A DNA stretch of 62,014 nt, filler included, from Choristocarpus tenellus KU-1152 (lineage: Eukaryota > Protista > Phaeophyceae): assembly GCA_964200185.2 (NCBI GenBank). It is 10 parts of 10 records of this genome, joined end to end, with 100 filler letters (N's around TTAATTAATTAA, not from the genome) between each part and the next. Parts side by side here need not be neighbours in the genome. Positions count along the whole stretch, not along the records: positions 1 to 16,775 come from CAXNAD020000776.1; 9 more parts are not named here. The stretch is one strand, 5' to 3'. Below are positions 1-14,000 of the stretch, in pieces. Each line of letters starts with the position of its first letter. The stretch's first letter is position 1. Under the pieces are notes generated by a model, which was not told the origin of the DNA, did not search any database, and worked only from the letters and a program-made list of their open reading frames with translations. The position numbers and the translations under genes are program-made.

Positions 1-200
1 GTAATTTTGGTTATCGTGTTTGTTAGGGTTAGGGTTAAGTTTCAACATCCTTGTTCCGGACACACCTTTTCATAACTTATACATTTTACCTATTCCAAAA
101 CATTTCGGGCTAGGAAAATGTAAAAAAAAAAAACTGTGGGAAGTCAAGTCCCAAATGGACAAACAGGGCAAAACTCGTTCCCTCTAAGGTACTTTAACTT
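1..200 (+). mobile_element. MITE family A, partial (window start)
   Basis: 3' two-thirds of the family A body, ending CCCTCTAAGGTACTTTAACTT. Confidence 0.8.
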
Positions 201-427
201 TAAACTACTCTCTAGTTGGGGCAATAATTAGAACCACTATACAAACTAATCTCGCTACATTTTCAAAATTTGTCTCTCAATCCTTTCATTGTATACCTTG
301 AAGTGGTCCCCTAAAAACATACTCTGCCACCCAGGGATTATTTCTATGTTTTGCACCCTAAGCATCAAACCATCCGACTTAAAAAAAACAGCATCAGCTC
401 AAACCCTACTAGTCCAACTTTTAACTT

Positions 428-534
428 GATATATACGATATATATACGATATAGATATACGATATAGATATACGATATAGATATACAATATAGTTATACG
501 ATATATATATGATATATATATATGATATATATAT
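428..534. repeat. (GATATA/TATAC)n low-complexity satellite
   Basis: Direct inspection. Confidence 0.9.
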
Positions 535-1404
535 ACCCTCAACTGTTTCTCGCATCAATATGGCTATGGTTTGGAGACAAGTAATGCTCAATCCTGCCAC
601 ACTCCATGTTCCAGGTGTTGTCTGTCTTTCGGGGGTTCCACAGATTGGGAATTTCTCAGGCATGCTTCTCACCAAACGGGGAGGTGAGACTTGATTGTGA
701 CACAGCACCATACAGTGCAACAACACCATACAATGCAGCAGGACTTTACCCTGTGAAATTTCTGCATGCTAACACTCGTGGTTCACTCCTATCATACCAA
801 GTACAATATCCATTCTCCAGGTACTTCAACTTTAAAATACTATTCCACTACAGAATTGTTCTATCCCCTTCAGCGTGTGAGAGTACACCCACCCCTCAAC
901 CTCTGGGGAGAGAAAGTGAAATCTAGTGTACCACAGCCTCTACATTTCATGCATTGATCTTCATATGACACCTTCCATTGAACGATATATTTTTTAATTG
1001 TTTCAAAGTAGGAATGTAAATTGGAGTGTAAATTGGAATGCAATTGGAATGTAAATTGGAAAGAAACGGGTCAAGTCTATCTGACTTTTCTAAATGCCTG
1101 CCAATAGCCTAATAACCAACCCTCCAGTACCCCTAACAAATACAATTCACTGACATTTAGGCTCCCCTCTCCATTTGCAAATAATATTCAAGTACACAGT
1201 CATTTTCCAACAAGGGTGGAAACTGACAATCAAGAGGTAGAAAACTATGAGGCTCATCATCATCCGCTGGAGAATATACAATTTACTTCAAGTATAATAT
1301 ATTATACACTACTTACTTCAATTAGTATCTACTATACACTACTTACTTCAAGTAGTATCTATCAAGTAGTATGTTTCCTCACCACCTTCTTGGTTTTCAT
1401 GCAG

Positions 1405-4400
1405 GTGGTTGTGTCAGTGGGGGTAGATCCAGCCCACTCTGTTGCAGTTTATCACTGGAGATCAAGAACTACACTCTTCACTTCTCCTTCTGGGTCTGAG
1501 GTAGTCCTAGGGTGCCATGTGGTTGATGATGGTGTTTTTGTTACTTGTGGGGTAGACCACTTGCGGCTTTGGACAAGAAATGGCATGGGCTACCAGATGG
1601 ATGCAGGTGTGTGCATTATGAGGTAATGACTTCTACCAGCTGTCAATAAGCACTCACTTTTATATAGGCATGTACTGCTATTGCTACTATCTGCTGAAAA
1701 GCAAAACTATATTGGTACAATAGCCTCTCAATACACATATATGATAGTGGACAATAAAGCTCAAGTATCATTGAAAGCCAATTGTCTTGGACACCTTCTT
1801 ACACCCTCTTACCTCATCCTAAAACTACCTGTTCAAAGGAGTTTTTGGCACCAAAGGCGCCCTCCAGCCGATGCTTTGTTGCTCCAGTCTGGGAGGTGCA
1901 GAAAGTAGGATTGTGCTTAGTGGATCCACATCAGGTCATCTTTACGTATGGGAAGGACGTAACTGCATTCGCTCTATCAAGGCACATACTGGTGCACTTA
2001 CAGCTATGTCAAGGTAGGTCCACCGACCTGTCAACCAACTCAGAGTCAAAGTATCTTACAGGGTAGAGATGCGTCCATTTTGGGGCCAAAATCAAATGTT
2101 GCGATTTTGATGTAATTTGTTTTGGCTATTATGTTGATTAGGAAGTGCCAATATCCTTGTTCCAGACACACCTTTTCTTAACGTATACATTTTACCTACT
2201 CCAAAATGTTTCAGAGTTGGTAAAATGTCATTAAATACCCGTGGGAAGCCAAGCCCCAAACGGACACACAGTGCAAAACCCGTACCCTCTAAGATACTTC
2301 CACTCTCAAGGTTATCACAACTGCAGGGAGTTTTGCATTAGAAACTCTCTAAAATAAAAAGGTAGTATGTTAAACAGGGTGAACCCTCTTAGCCTTTGCA
2401 TTGGTGATTGACTATTCAGTTCAATCCAGGTTTACTTGTGGGAGGGTTTAGACAGGTTCCAACATAGGATGGGTGAAAGGTTTCACTCCAAGCACGTGTC
2501 TGACTTCCTGTCATGCAAACTCCAAAACTGCAGAACACTCATTTTGCATCAGAAGGAGGAAAATGAATATTTTACATCAGAAGTAGGTTTGCAGCCCACC
2601 CTATCACACCCAAGGACTCATGTACCTTACAACGCCTTCAGGAGTGTAAACCAGGGGGTCCAAGTCCTGGCAACAGGGAGCACTGATGGCAAGATACAGT
2701 TGTGGACCTCCAACCTGGAAATGGGAGCATGCATAGATATACGGGTGGTTGGACCTCTCTCCAATGTTGTGCACTCCCTTTATTGGGACAATGTTCACCA
2801 CAAGGTGAGAAATGTCTGGCCCCTTCTTACCTCTGGTACCCATTGTGCCAGCTGATAGTCTGCAACACCTGGCCAGAGCAAGTATTTACCTTCTTGTGGT
2901 AGAAGTCTGACCCTGCCTTCCTCCTAGGTGAAGGTGATGTTTTGCACAAAAGAATTGATTCTCTCGTTCAAATTATGTAATCAAATAGCACTTGGAAGAA
3001 ATAGTAATAATAATAATGATGATGATGATATGCTATTCCAATCTCTATGCATGAAATTTTTCACCAACGTGACACTATGTACTACCCCACTGGCAGGTTC
3101 TTGTGGGAACAGATAGTTGTGAAGTCTACGAGTTGCTGGATGTAGACGGTACCAATATCCGCAGGGGACCACTCCTTCAAGGCCACTTTTCACACGGAGT
3201 AAGGGGCCTTGCTGCTCACCCTGAAGACCCAGATGTATTTGCTACTGCTGGATCAGATTGTACGGTCAGAGTATGGAACTGCAAAGAGCGAAAGCTGGTA
3301 AGATGTAGTTTAGGGTGTGTAATGCAAGTCAAGATTAGGAATGCACCGGGAGTCATTGCAGTTGACCATCACCAGAAATAACTGAATGCATGGTGTGGGT
3401 CTGTTGGTTGTAACTGTCTTTGTATGAGTCTCATTGAGGGGTACAATTGTTGGCCTTGAGGTGATAAAATAGTAGTGTCTGCTTGCATTGGTCCCGCATG
3501 CTATGAACATTTTGGAGGTGGTCAGCAACCCTTCGAAAACTATACCTTGTTCTCTAACTACAGTGCATGTGAACTTTCAATACAGATAAAAATGTGTGTC
3601 CTAGACACACCTGCATGTTGTATATGCTACAATCCTGATGGCACTGTCCTTGCTGTTGGACTGGGAGGGGGGCTGGCACCTGATGAAGGAGACTGGGCGT
3701 CCTATGGAAAGGTGTCTTGTAACTCGACACTATTGTGGCAAGCCTAACCATGCAGTCAGTATAGTTATTCCATTGTCGTAGCAGGCGTTGTGAATGATAG
3801 TTGAAGAACATACTATAAACAATATGGTTACACAATATATGGTGAAATTGATACATACTTGCACTACAATAGAACATTCCTGGTCATAGTAGTGAGGACG
3901 TAGAGCTAGAGCTAGAGTGAGCTTTACCTGCCAACACTGTACTTTGTCTTATCTGCAGGAGACAAGCCAGGCAGACAAAAAATCTGTGGGTGATGGCCAA
4001 GCACTGGGGAATCGAAAGGATGGAGCGTGGGTGGCACTGAGGGTGAAGGATCTCACAGTAGAGCACGAGGCCAGGGACTCCAAGGTGCCCATCAATGTCA
4101 TCAGGTTGGTGCTCAGCCTGAGTCTCACTAGACAGTGTCAAAAAGCACGACAAACCCAATGGCATAATACATACATACATACATACATACATACATACAT
4201 ACATACATACATACATACATACATACATACATACATACTATCAATAGTACACTATCATAACCCTTGTCCATGCTCTCTTCTTTTTATCAATGCCAGACGG
4301 CTGCGAAACCTTTTTACTAAACTTGCATGTAGTTGAGTGAACAAGTGATCAAATTGACTACGTCAAACCCTCGGTTTAGGGTGGTAATTCTGAGATGCTT

Positions 4401-7400
4401 TATTCAATTCAAGAATTTCAATTGCAATGTATGCCGCAATTGGCAATTTGGAGTGTAAGGTAGGTAATAGTGACAGTATATTGTAGGAAGCATTTTGACA
4501 AGTACACCCATCATCATGCCGATTGCTGAACTGCACTGAAAAGAAGGATGCATCACACCTACATAATCTGGACATTCAATCATTCAAAAATTCAATAATT
4601 CAATAATTCAATAAAGACCAGGAAAAAAAAAACACTCCATTGGTACGAGGTATATTTTGGTTTTCAACTTTTTATCAAATTCCAGAGTTGTTTATTACAC
4701 AAGCCTTTCAACTTAAGTCAGTTTTAAAGAAGAGAATTTTAGAGTTAATTCAGCTAAGAAGAAAAAAGAAACAAGAAACAAGAAAAAAAACAACGGCACC
4801 AAGAAAAGAAGTACCAAACTTATTGCATGCTCCTGCTGCCTACATGACCACTGGCAATAGTCCATCACCACCGTTTGGCATTCTCACCTCATGTTTGATG
4901 TCTTGAACCAGGTGGTCTCCGGATGGAGGAACCTTGGCTGTGGCTTCCCAAGATTCATTTGTTTACCTGTATAACTCAGGAGATTATGTGGCAAAGGCCA
5001 AATGTGGGGGGCACAAGGGTGAGGTAAGTGGTACATGGTAAGTGGTATTGCTCCTTGTTACCATTGCTATATGCAGTTTACAGTGATCCCATCCGCACCA
5101 TACTCATCAGGAATGGTTACATCACAACTCGCTGATGCAATGTGCACTATTGGAAGACACTCTGATCTTTATTGTATTAATGGGGTGATTCAGGTGAGCC
5201 ATCTTGACTTCAGCAGCGATAGCCAGTACTTGCAGTGTGACAGTCGAACAGGTGGCGAACTCCTCTTCTTTGACACTGAGAGGTAGGCAACGCACGGTGG
5301 GGGTACAGCACCAATCACAGACTCGCCTTCAATTTCTTGGTCCCCTTGAAGTGCCCACCCATCTGTATCCTTGTTGAGGGCAAGTTTCAGATAGGGGTAG
5401 AGCAGATGTTAATTTAGTTTTAGAAACTTCAACAAAAAAGATGATGACAGGCACTCACTGTTTACATCCCTTTCTTTTGTCAGAGGTGACCAGTTGGCCC
5501 CTGCAAGCATGAGGGACACAGATTGGGAGACTCAGACCTGCGTGTTTGGATGGCCTTTGCAAGGAGCTTGGGGTGAGTAAACATCACAGTACATTGCTAC
5601 TAATGCTGTATTTTATGAAGCTGTCCCAGTGTATCTATTCAAGGATGAAATTGCCTTCAGTTGTTGGATTGTGACTTTAGATGGACCTATTCTGTATGCC
5701 ATTCCATAGACATAAAGTAATTTAATAGTCATGTACTGCAAGACAAGCTGAAAGTGAAATTTTGCATGTTTTCAAACCCTGGACAATCAATTCCTTTTTC
5801 CATGCAAGGTCTTCACATGGATGGGTGTGTTCTGACATCTGCAGCAAGAAGCAACAATGGTGAGCACCTGGTAACTACAGACTCATTTGGTCGCCTCAAA
5901 CTGTTTCAGTACCCTGCCATCAACCCAGACCAGGTACACTGACCTGTTACAATCCCAAGTGATATCAATGTGCTCTACTGCTATACTGCTCTTCCCACTG
6001 CCCTAGACATGAAAAAGAACACAACATCCACCAAAGCCGACGCTCCTTGCTTCAACTCTCTTAGCATGTAAACTCCAGTAATTTAAAGTGCTTGTTAGCA
6101 AGGATATCAGAGGGCTAGGTTAGAGTGCTCAGCAGGCACAGTTGAAGCTCTCAATACTCTTGTTGGTCACTTCCAGTGCAAAAGACTTGCACTATCCTGC
6201 TGAGCTTTACTATTATGTTAACATCACTACTATGTTAACACCATTATTATGTTAAGAAAAGTGAGGCAAAACAGCTTGATGTTATCCAAGTCATACATAT
6301 ATATTTATTATCATGATACATACTAGGGATATGAGTGATGTATAAATAGTGTATTCCTTGTCATGGAGCTCTACCACTTCTTCTTGCCCTTCACTGTGAC
6401 ACTTCATTCAATGACTCCGACACCCCAAGAGACACCCAAAGAGAGTGGGAATGGTTCCAGGAATCATAATAATTTCCTGGACCTCATCAGGTGGTTTATA
6501 AAGCTCTGGCACTTCCAATGTGCGATGATTTTAAAAAACTGATATGCAGTCCTTACCACAACCATTTCGAACTTGTCTCTCTGTTCAAAGGACTTTCGTG
6601 AGTACCGTGGTCATGCAGCACCTCTGCGCAACAGTCAGTTCCTTGCAAATGATGGTCTCCTGATTACATGTGGCGGTCGAGATTGTGCCATCATGCAGTG
6701 GACATTTCAGCCACAAGCAAGTGTAGAGGGGGCTTGGGGGAATGACACAGAGAAGGCAACCAGCCTTTCAGGCATTGACATTGACATTGAGGTGCAGGAT
6801 GTGAAAATGGAAGATGAAGAGAGACTGCATTACATAGACCTCAAAGATCGGTCTAGGTGAGTATCCTCCATTTGGGTTGTACAGTATTGCATAGTATGTT
6901 ATAGTATTGTGTAGTATAGCATAGCCTAGTATGTTATAGTACTTCAGAAGTGCAGTATAGTATATTATAGCATAATATACTGCAGTGCAGGATAGGATAG
7001 GATAGGATAGTAAAATGTAGTGTAGCATAGTGTAGTGTAGTATAGTGTAATATAGTATAGTATAGTATTGTATTTGGATAGGATAGGATAGTACAGTTAA
7101 GTATGGGATAGGATAGTGTAGTGAAGTACAATGCAGTGTAGTACAGTAAAGTGTAGTATGGTACAGTGTAGTATGGTGCAGTATGATATGGTACAGTGTC
7201 GCATAGTACATTACAGTGTAGTATGGTATTGTGTAGCATAGTACAGTATAGTATAGTACAGTATAGTACAGTACAGTACATTATGGTACAGTGGTGTTGT
7301 AATTTCTTTTCTTGTGTCTGTGTCTTGTAATTAATTTTATTAATTTTATTAGCCATGGTCACGCTCAGGTGTGCAGGTTTTCATTGTGCTCATTCCTAAC

Positions 7401-7980
7401 TGGAAATGTCAACTTTGTCTTAAAAACTTGAAATTCAATTTACCAAATGACATCTCTATGTGAACTAAATGGCATCTCTATGTCAACTAACTAGCCTGGA
7501 AGGAAAGCATATGGTGGTAAGTCCACCTCCTGACTGCCAACTATCTTGTTTTACATTATTAACCCTAGGTGGGATCAGGGTAGATCACTTGATCGAATCA
7601 AAAGTGGTGACCCAGAAGCTGTCATGCGCATGGAGGAAAAGGCTGGTAAGCTAGGACTGTACCTTTCTTCTTTGGGGATATCTAGGAATATCTAGGAATA
7701 TGTATCATTGTTTTGCCACACTTTAGCGTTGCTAAGATTTTACTGTAGCACATGAGCTGTTAATTCTAGAAAACGGTTCACTAGTGCCCAGTGGTGACTT
7801 GTCTTTGGTCACTATCTTTGCATGAGGCTCCTAGTATCTGGGGGGGGGGCGGGGTGGCAGCTGTCCATTCAGGGCCCATTTTTCCATCTCATGATTTTTG
7901 GGTGATTTGGTTACATGTGTCAGATGGATAATATATGTGCACTTCTTCTGGTCAGGGCCCAAATGGACACCCTGGAGTAG

Positions 7981-8011
<31 letters not shown>

Positions 8012-11000
8012 AGATACTTTGAGTCATGGAGGCAGTAAAGTACGGCAAATACTCTGCAATATATTCTGAGAGTAGAAATGGGAGATGGGAGAGATATGGA
8101 ACCTGCTGTAGTACACCATACTGCACCCATTAAGTACATATGATGTCACTCTATGTAAGATACAAAATTTTGTGGTAATTATCTTTGATATGGATAGGGC
8201 ATAGCTCAATTTTGGCAGATGGTCCTAGCCTACATATCAAGTATTTTATTACTTTATATTATACTTCAAAGTAACATTCTAATACTTTATTTCAAGTCAT
8301 GCCTACTACAGGAACAAATGAGTACTTGTCTGGTTGTCTGGTTGTCAAGTTGTTGAGAGTTTGGGATTCTTGTAACTGAGAAGGCATTTGATGATGTTTG
8401 GTGATGTTTGGTGATCTTTCTCCCTCGATTTTTTCTTCCATTATCCATTGTATCGAATTTAATTGTGAGTCAAAGTATCTTAGGGTTAGGGTAGAGCCGC
8501 GCCCATTTGGGGGTCAAAATCCAATGTTCCGATTTTGATGCAATTTTGACTACGTGTTTGTTAGGAAGTTTGTTCCGCACACACCTTTTCATAACGTATA
8601 AATTTTACCTACTACGAAACATATCGGAGTAGAAAAATATCACAAAACACCTGTGGGAAGCCAAGCCCTAAATGGACAAACAGGGCAAAACTCGTACCCT
8701 CTGAGATACTTTCACTCTGTGTAGTAAAATACCACTTTCTTGGAAGGTAACTTCCATCTAGATTGACAATGATTCCACTGTTTAGTAAACCTCTGTTGCT
8801 TGCAGTTACCATTCAAACGTGTCAATAAATGTTACATTATCCAGGTGGGCTTCCAAAGTATGTTAGGTACAATTTGCTTCTCTGAGCACCAGTTGCTCAG
8901 ATTTGACATGACATCTAGCTCCTTTTTGGTTTGCTTCCATCATTTCTACTTTGTGCAAATCATTGTACTATTAGGTGACGAAGACTTTGCACCCCTAAAA
9001 CCCTGGCATCGTGCAGTGGCTCCACCTTCCAACGCCCCACCAGAGGTAAGCACTCCATCATCCCATGCACACATGTCATTGGCTTGCTCTAACATCTCAT
9101 CCTTTCCTCCACCGGGATGAATCTTGATTTGCTGCCAAAGTAAAGGCAAACTTGAAAGATTAAAGATGTGTTGAGATGCCTACTTGCTCTCATGCTGCAT
9201 ACTGCAAGTAGTGAGATGTAAATTGATTTGGATCAATAGCCCACCTGACCATCGCTTAACACCCAGTCAGGATACTAGGGAGCCTGACAATGATCTTGTG
9301 TTGGACTGGGTACATGGGTATCGTGGACATGACTGCCGTGGGGGTGCCCGGTATACAATCACAGGGGAAGCACTCTTCTACACAGGATGTCTGGTTGTGA
9401 GGTAACTATTAGTACCAAGAGTACCTGTTAACATATTAATAACAATAGTACCTGTTAACCTATTAGTAGCAATAGTACCTGTTAACCTTAGAGTCAGTCC
9501 TCTCGCAGATATGAAAGAAGTATCTAAATATAGACATTTTGCACACCATTTTGCACACCATGGAAGGCCATTCCTTTTGTGGCTTCCCTACACATTGCAC
9601 ATGAAATTCGGAATGATACTGCTTCTGGCGTCATTCCAGACCTCAATCGTCATTACCTACACATTTGTCATTTGTCATTTGTCCATCTGCCGTGTGGTAC
9701 AATTCATATCTTGAAATCAACTATTGTCATTATCAACTCTTGTCATTATCAGTTCTCATTTTTATCATCTAGACAGCTACAACAGGTATGAAAATATGTA
9801 TTTATTCTGTATCATTGTTGCCCTTGACCCTTCCCTTTTCCTGTGAGCGTATGATTAATATGTTTCAAACGCCCATATATAACTTGGAAGGCATTGTTAT
9901 GATATTCATTTCCATGAACCTCTCAGTTTGCGCATCCCTAACACTACAGGTATGATATACCCAAGAAGAGCCAGCAATTCTTCAAGGACCATACTGATGA
10001 GATCCTGTCAATAGACTGTCACCCAACACTCCCTTTAGTGGCAAGTGGTCAAAAAGGTCGGATTCCAAAGGTGATAGTTTGGTGCTAGGGACTCTCATCC
10101 ATTGGTCTCTGGTGAATGCTATGGTCATTGCAGTGAAAATAGAAAGTTTTGCACTGAATAAGGATACTAATATATGAATAAGGATACTAATATATGAATA
10201 TATATATATATGTCATATATATATATGAATAGATATATCTGTATAGATATCGATTAAGTGTGTAGATAGTGATATTCGATAGATATTGGCATGTGTATGT
10301 TGCAGATGGATGATGTCATTACAATAGACATACGTCTCGTGAATGCACTAATGGTATTGTAAACCCCTTTGAGAATTTGTTGTTTGATAATTGTGTATGT
10401 ATTTATGTGCGTATATATGTCTGTATGTATGTTTGTATATATATATGTATTATGTATGTATATATAGGATATGGTACAGGTCATGCATGGAGAGAGGATA
10501 GAACACAAGTTGATGTTCATATTATTATTGCTGTAAGAGATTCAAGCCATTGTTACAGCATCATCGTAATGTTTATATATACTAGAGATATGTAGTAGTA
10601 TGAGACAACAAGGGTCTAGAGTTAGGGTGCCATCATACACATCATACACAGCATTTGTATAGCCCCAGCGTTGTCAGGTTTTTGTACCCTCATACCTTGC
10701 ACAGACCTCATACAAACCTTGTAAAAAATATATGTATATATATATAAGACACCCTGAAAGACCACATCATTACTGTTTCAATATTATTTTCATTGCAATT
10801 AATTGTTTTATTTTTATTCCTATCTGTCGTTGTTAGAGTTAGAGTAGACAACTTTGTCATGGCAGTCCCAAATGAAAACACTTAAATTGGTGTAACAGCC
10901 ATTATTATTATTATTATTGTTGTTGCGATTATATCTCTTCTGTGCTCTTTACATTATTTCTATTTTGCATTGAAATAAATACCTTCTAGTCATGGTGAAG

Positions 11001-14000
11001 AAAGAGTCATTGACCTGTTTTCCTGAAAAAGAGAGGTTTTTCTGAATTATACATCAATTGTTTATAAAATATGAATTATTCATTTTCATGAACAGGTTGA
11101 TGATATTAATGCCCCAGATACCCCCCATTTCAGTGACACTTTGGAAGACTTTCCCTTGAGCAATAGGGGTCAATGACATGGAGCTCGGCAGAATTTTTAT
11201 GAACATAAAATAGTATTAAATATACTATAATGTACTAAAATGTACTATAAAGTGCTATAATGTCATATGTGAGGTCTAGTTGCTGAAGGCGAGGTCTCTC
11301 TGTGGTCATAAAATAATGTTAAAACTGTGGCATAATGCATACTCCACAACCTGGCATAATATAATAATAGTTACTTTGAAGTAAAATAACAAATAAGAAT
11401 AAGAAAAATAATTAGTAAATATTAAGAAAATAATACTATCAACAAATTCAACAAACTTATACACAGAGTATAAGATACTTAGCCACAATAACATGTCACC
11501 TGCCCTTCCATAATGAGGAGAAAAGTTTTTATTACCACCTACCCGAGGTGTATGTTTCTATACCTATGGTATCAGTCTTGCCATCATCATACCTAGTGTA
11601 CATACTAGGAAGGCGTGTTAGTTGTTTGTGAAAGTTTTCAGCTCACTAACCTTGATCCCCTCTCAGTTTTCACTTCCAGTGTCTCGAAAGAGTTGCAATA
11701 CAAGTACCTGACTACCTGACTTTGAATTCTTGAGCAGTGTCTGGTGATGTTACAGTAAGCCTCAGCCATCTTTCATGGTGACGATGGATACACAAAATCA
11801 CACACCAGTTTTAGTACTTGGGATGGCAGCAAGTTGCCCCCAGGTATTGTTAATGCTGTTGTTGTTGAAGGAGAAAAAATAAAAGAAATAAACACTTTCA
11901 TAGCACCAATCTGTTTTGTATTATTAATATTACTGTTATTATTGCTATTATTATTATCATTATTATTATTATTGCTCCTGCGTTGGAGGTGTGGAAGGGA
12001 GAGGAGACAGGAGACAAGTGAAGCTTGAAATAATGGCTGGTCTGGCTAGGCAAGGGTTAAGGTTAGGGCACACAGTTGACCTCAATTTGAGGAGTGCGGT
12101 CAAAGGCCTTGCCCATTCAATTCTTGTTGGAAAGATCAGCCATCCTCACAATGTGCCAGAATCTGTAAATGTATAAATTCTTGGGAATGTATATGCATCT
12201 GTGTGATCCCATAAACAGCAATCAGTCACCAGCCATCCTGTAGTGACTAAGGGTTAGGGTTGGTTCGTACTGTATGGCACTTGGTAACAGGTACAGTACT
12301 TGCAGCGGGGTGTGATGCATGCAAGTGTGATGCATGCAAGTGTGGTCCATGCAAGTGTGATCCAATGAAGGCATGCTGTAAGGTTCCATTGGTGTTCAAG
12401 GTCAAGGTGTAGTCCACACTGTTGTTGCACTATTGTTATCCGGTTGGTTCTTGAACTATCCACTATCCACAAGTTCACAGGCGTTGGGAATAGAGGGAAT
12501 AATACCAATGTATACGTCCACTAAAACATTTATGTACGCTGACCAGAACTTCCAACATACCTGTATTGAGGCTGCCAATGGATACCTCGCCCCTCTATTA
12601 CTACATCTATAGTACAGTGAATTTGAACCATTTTAGGGAACAATGAGCAATATCTCCACACCCTGATGTTTTCTTCCATTTCAGGTGATTGTGTGGAATT
12701 TGAATGAGCTCCGAATGGTTCGTGTGTTGGAGGGATATCACCGCAGGGCAGTGACTTTGGTGACTTTCTCCCCAAATGGGCGTCTGTTGGCTACGATGGG
12801 TGCAGACGATCATCATGGACTGGCAGTATATGACTGGGAAAATTCCGTCATAATTTGTCGGACAAGGTTAAGTGCTGCTTCAATTGTCGAATGTGCTGTC
12901 AATGTCAACATATTGCTCCTGGTACTCCAGGAATGACAACAATGGTGATACCACCAATAACACACAGTGTATAACAATAGTGCAATCAAGGTTGTGCAAT
13001 CAAGAGGTTGTAGTTTTTGTCCCCGCTACATTGGAATCTCAAGTATTGGTTATTGTGTGTGACCTGGACACCATTGTCATTTTAAACATTGGTCAATCCC
13101 CTCAATGCAGTAGTTGTAGTCCTTGTGATTAAGAAACCCTGTGTTAGAGATCAAAACTTGTTGATTGTACAAGTAACCTGTTGGGCTACATCAAAGGTCA
13201 CTTCCCTGCCTTCTACAAAATACTTCATGTAACCAATTGTACAGGTTGAGTAGTACTAATACTGTAGTAGTAATACTGTAGTACTAATACTGTAGTACTA
13301 ATACTGTAGTACTAATACTGTAGTACTAATATTGTCACATTGATGAAATGAACCGTAGCGCTAAGTACTTCTCCACACAATGAAAGAAGGCATTCCAAAC
13401 ATCTACAACACAACAACACAAACATGTTTCTATTGGCACCATCTTCTCAGAACTGGTTCAGCCAAGACTCTCTCCATGGCCTTTACTCTAGACTCATGTG
13501 GGCTGATCCTGTGCACTGATGGGACTGTGGACTTTTGGACAATACTGGTGTGCTGTGTTGGCAGTTTCTAAGATACCCTGTCTATTTACTGGAGTCATAT
13601 TCGATACTCTTGGAACCATTTGATACTCCAGAACCATGTCTACCAATTAAGTTTAATCAAGTTCAATTTAGGGTTGTGGTTTAGTCTAGGGCTATGATGT
13701 GACTAGAAAAGCAATAGTTGAAAATGAATGTAGAATTCCTTACACTGTTGGTGGTAAAAGATATAGCGTCATACTGACCTACGGACTACCCATTTCTTAG
13801 TCAGCAGAAATTATTTGGAATTTTCTGGATTGGTTCGCGGGCCACCAACTAACAGTCACCTCCTGCGTTCAATGTTGTTCTGGAATACTTTAAGCTGTTT
13901 GAAAATATCTTTGAATGGGTAAATGAATGGGCATATGAATGGGTATATGAATGGGTAAATAAATATACCGATGAATATACCAATGAATACATCAATGAAT

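Noticed and set aside
6768-7362. Tyr/Thr-rich ORFs on the - strand
   Set aside because: Translations of a pentanucleotide satellite.
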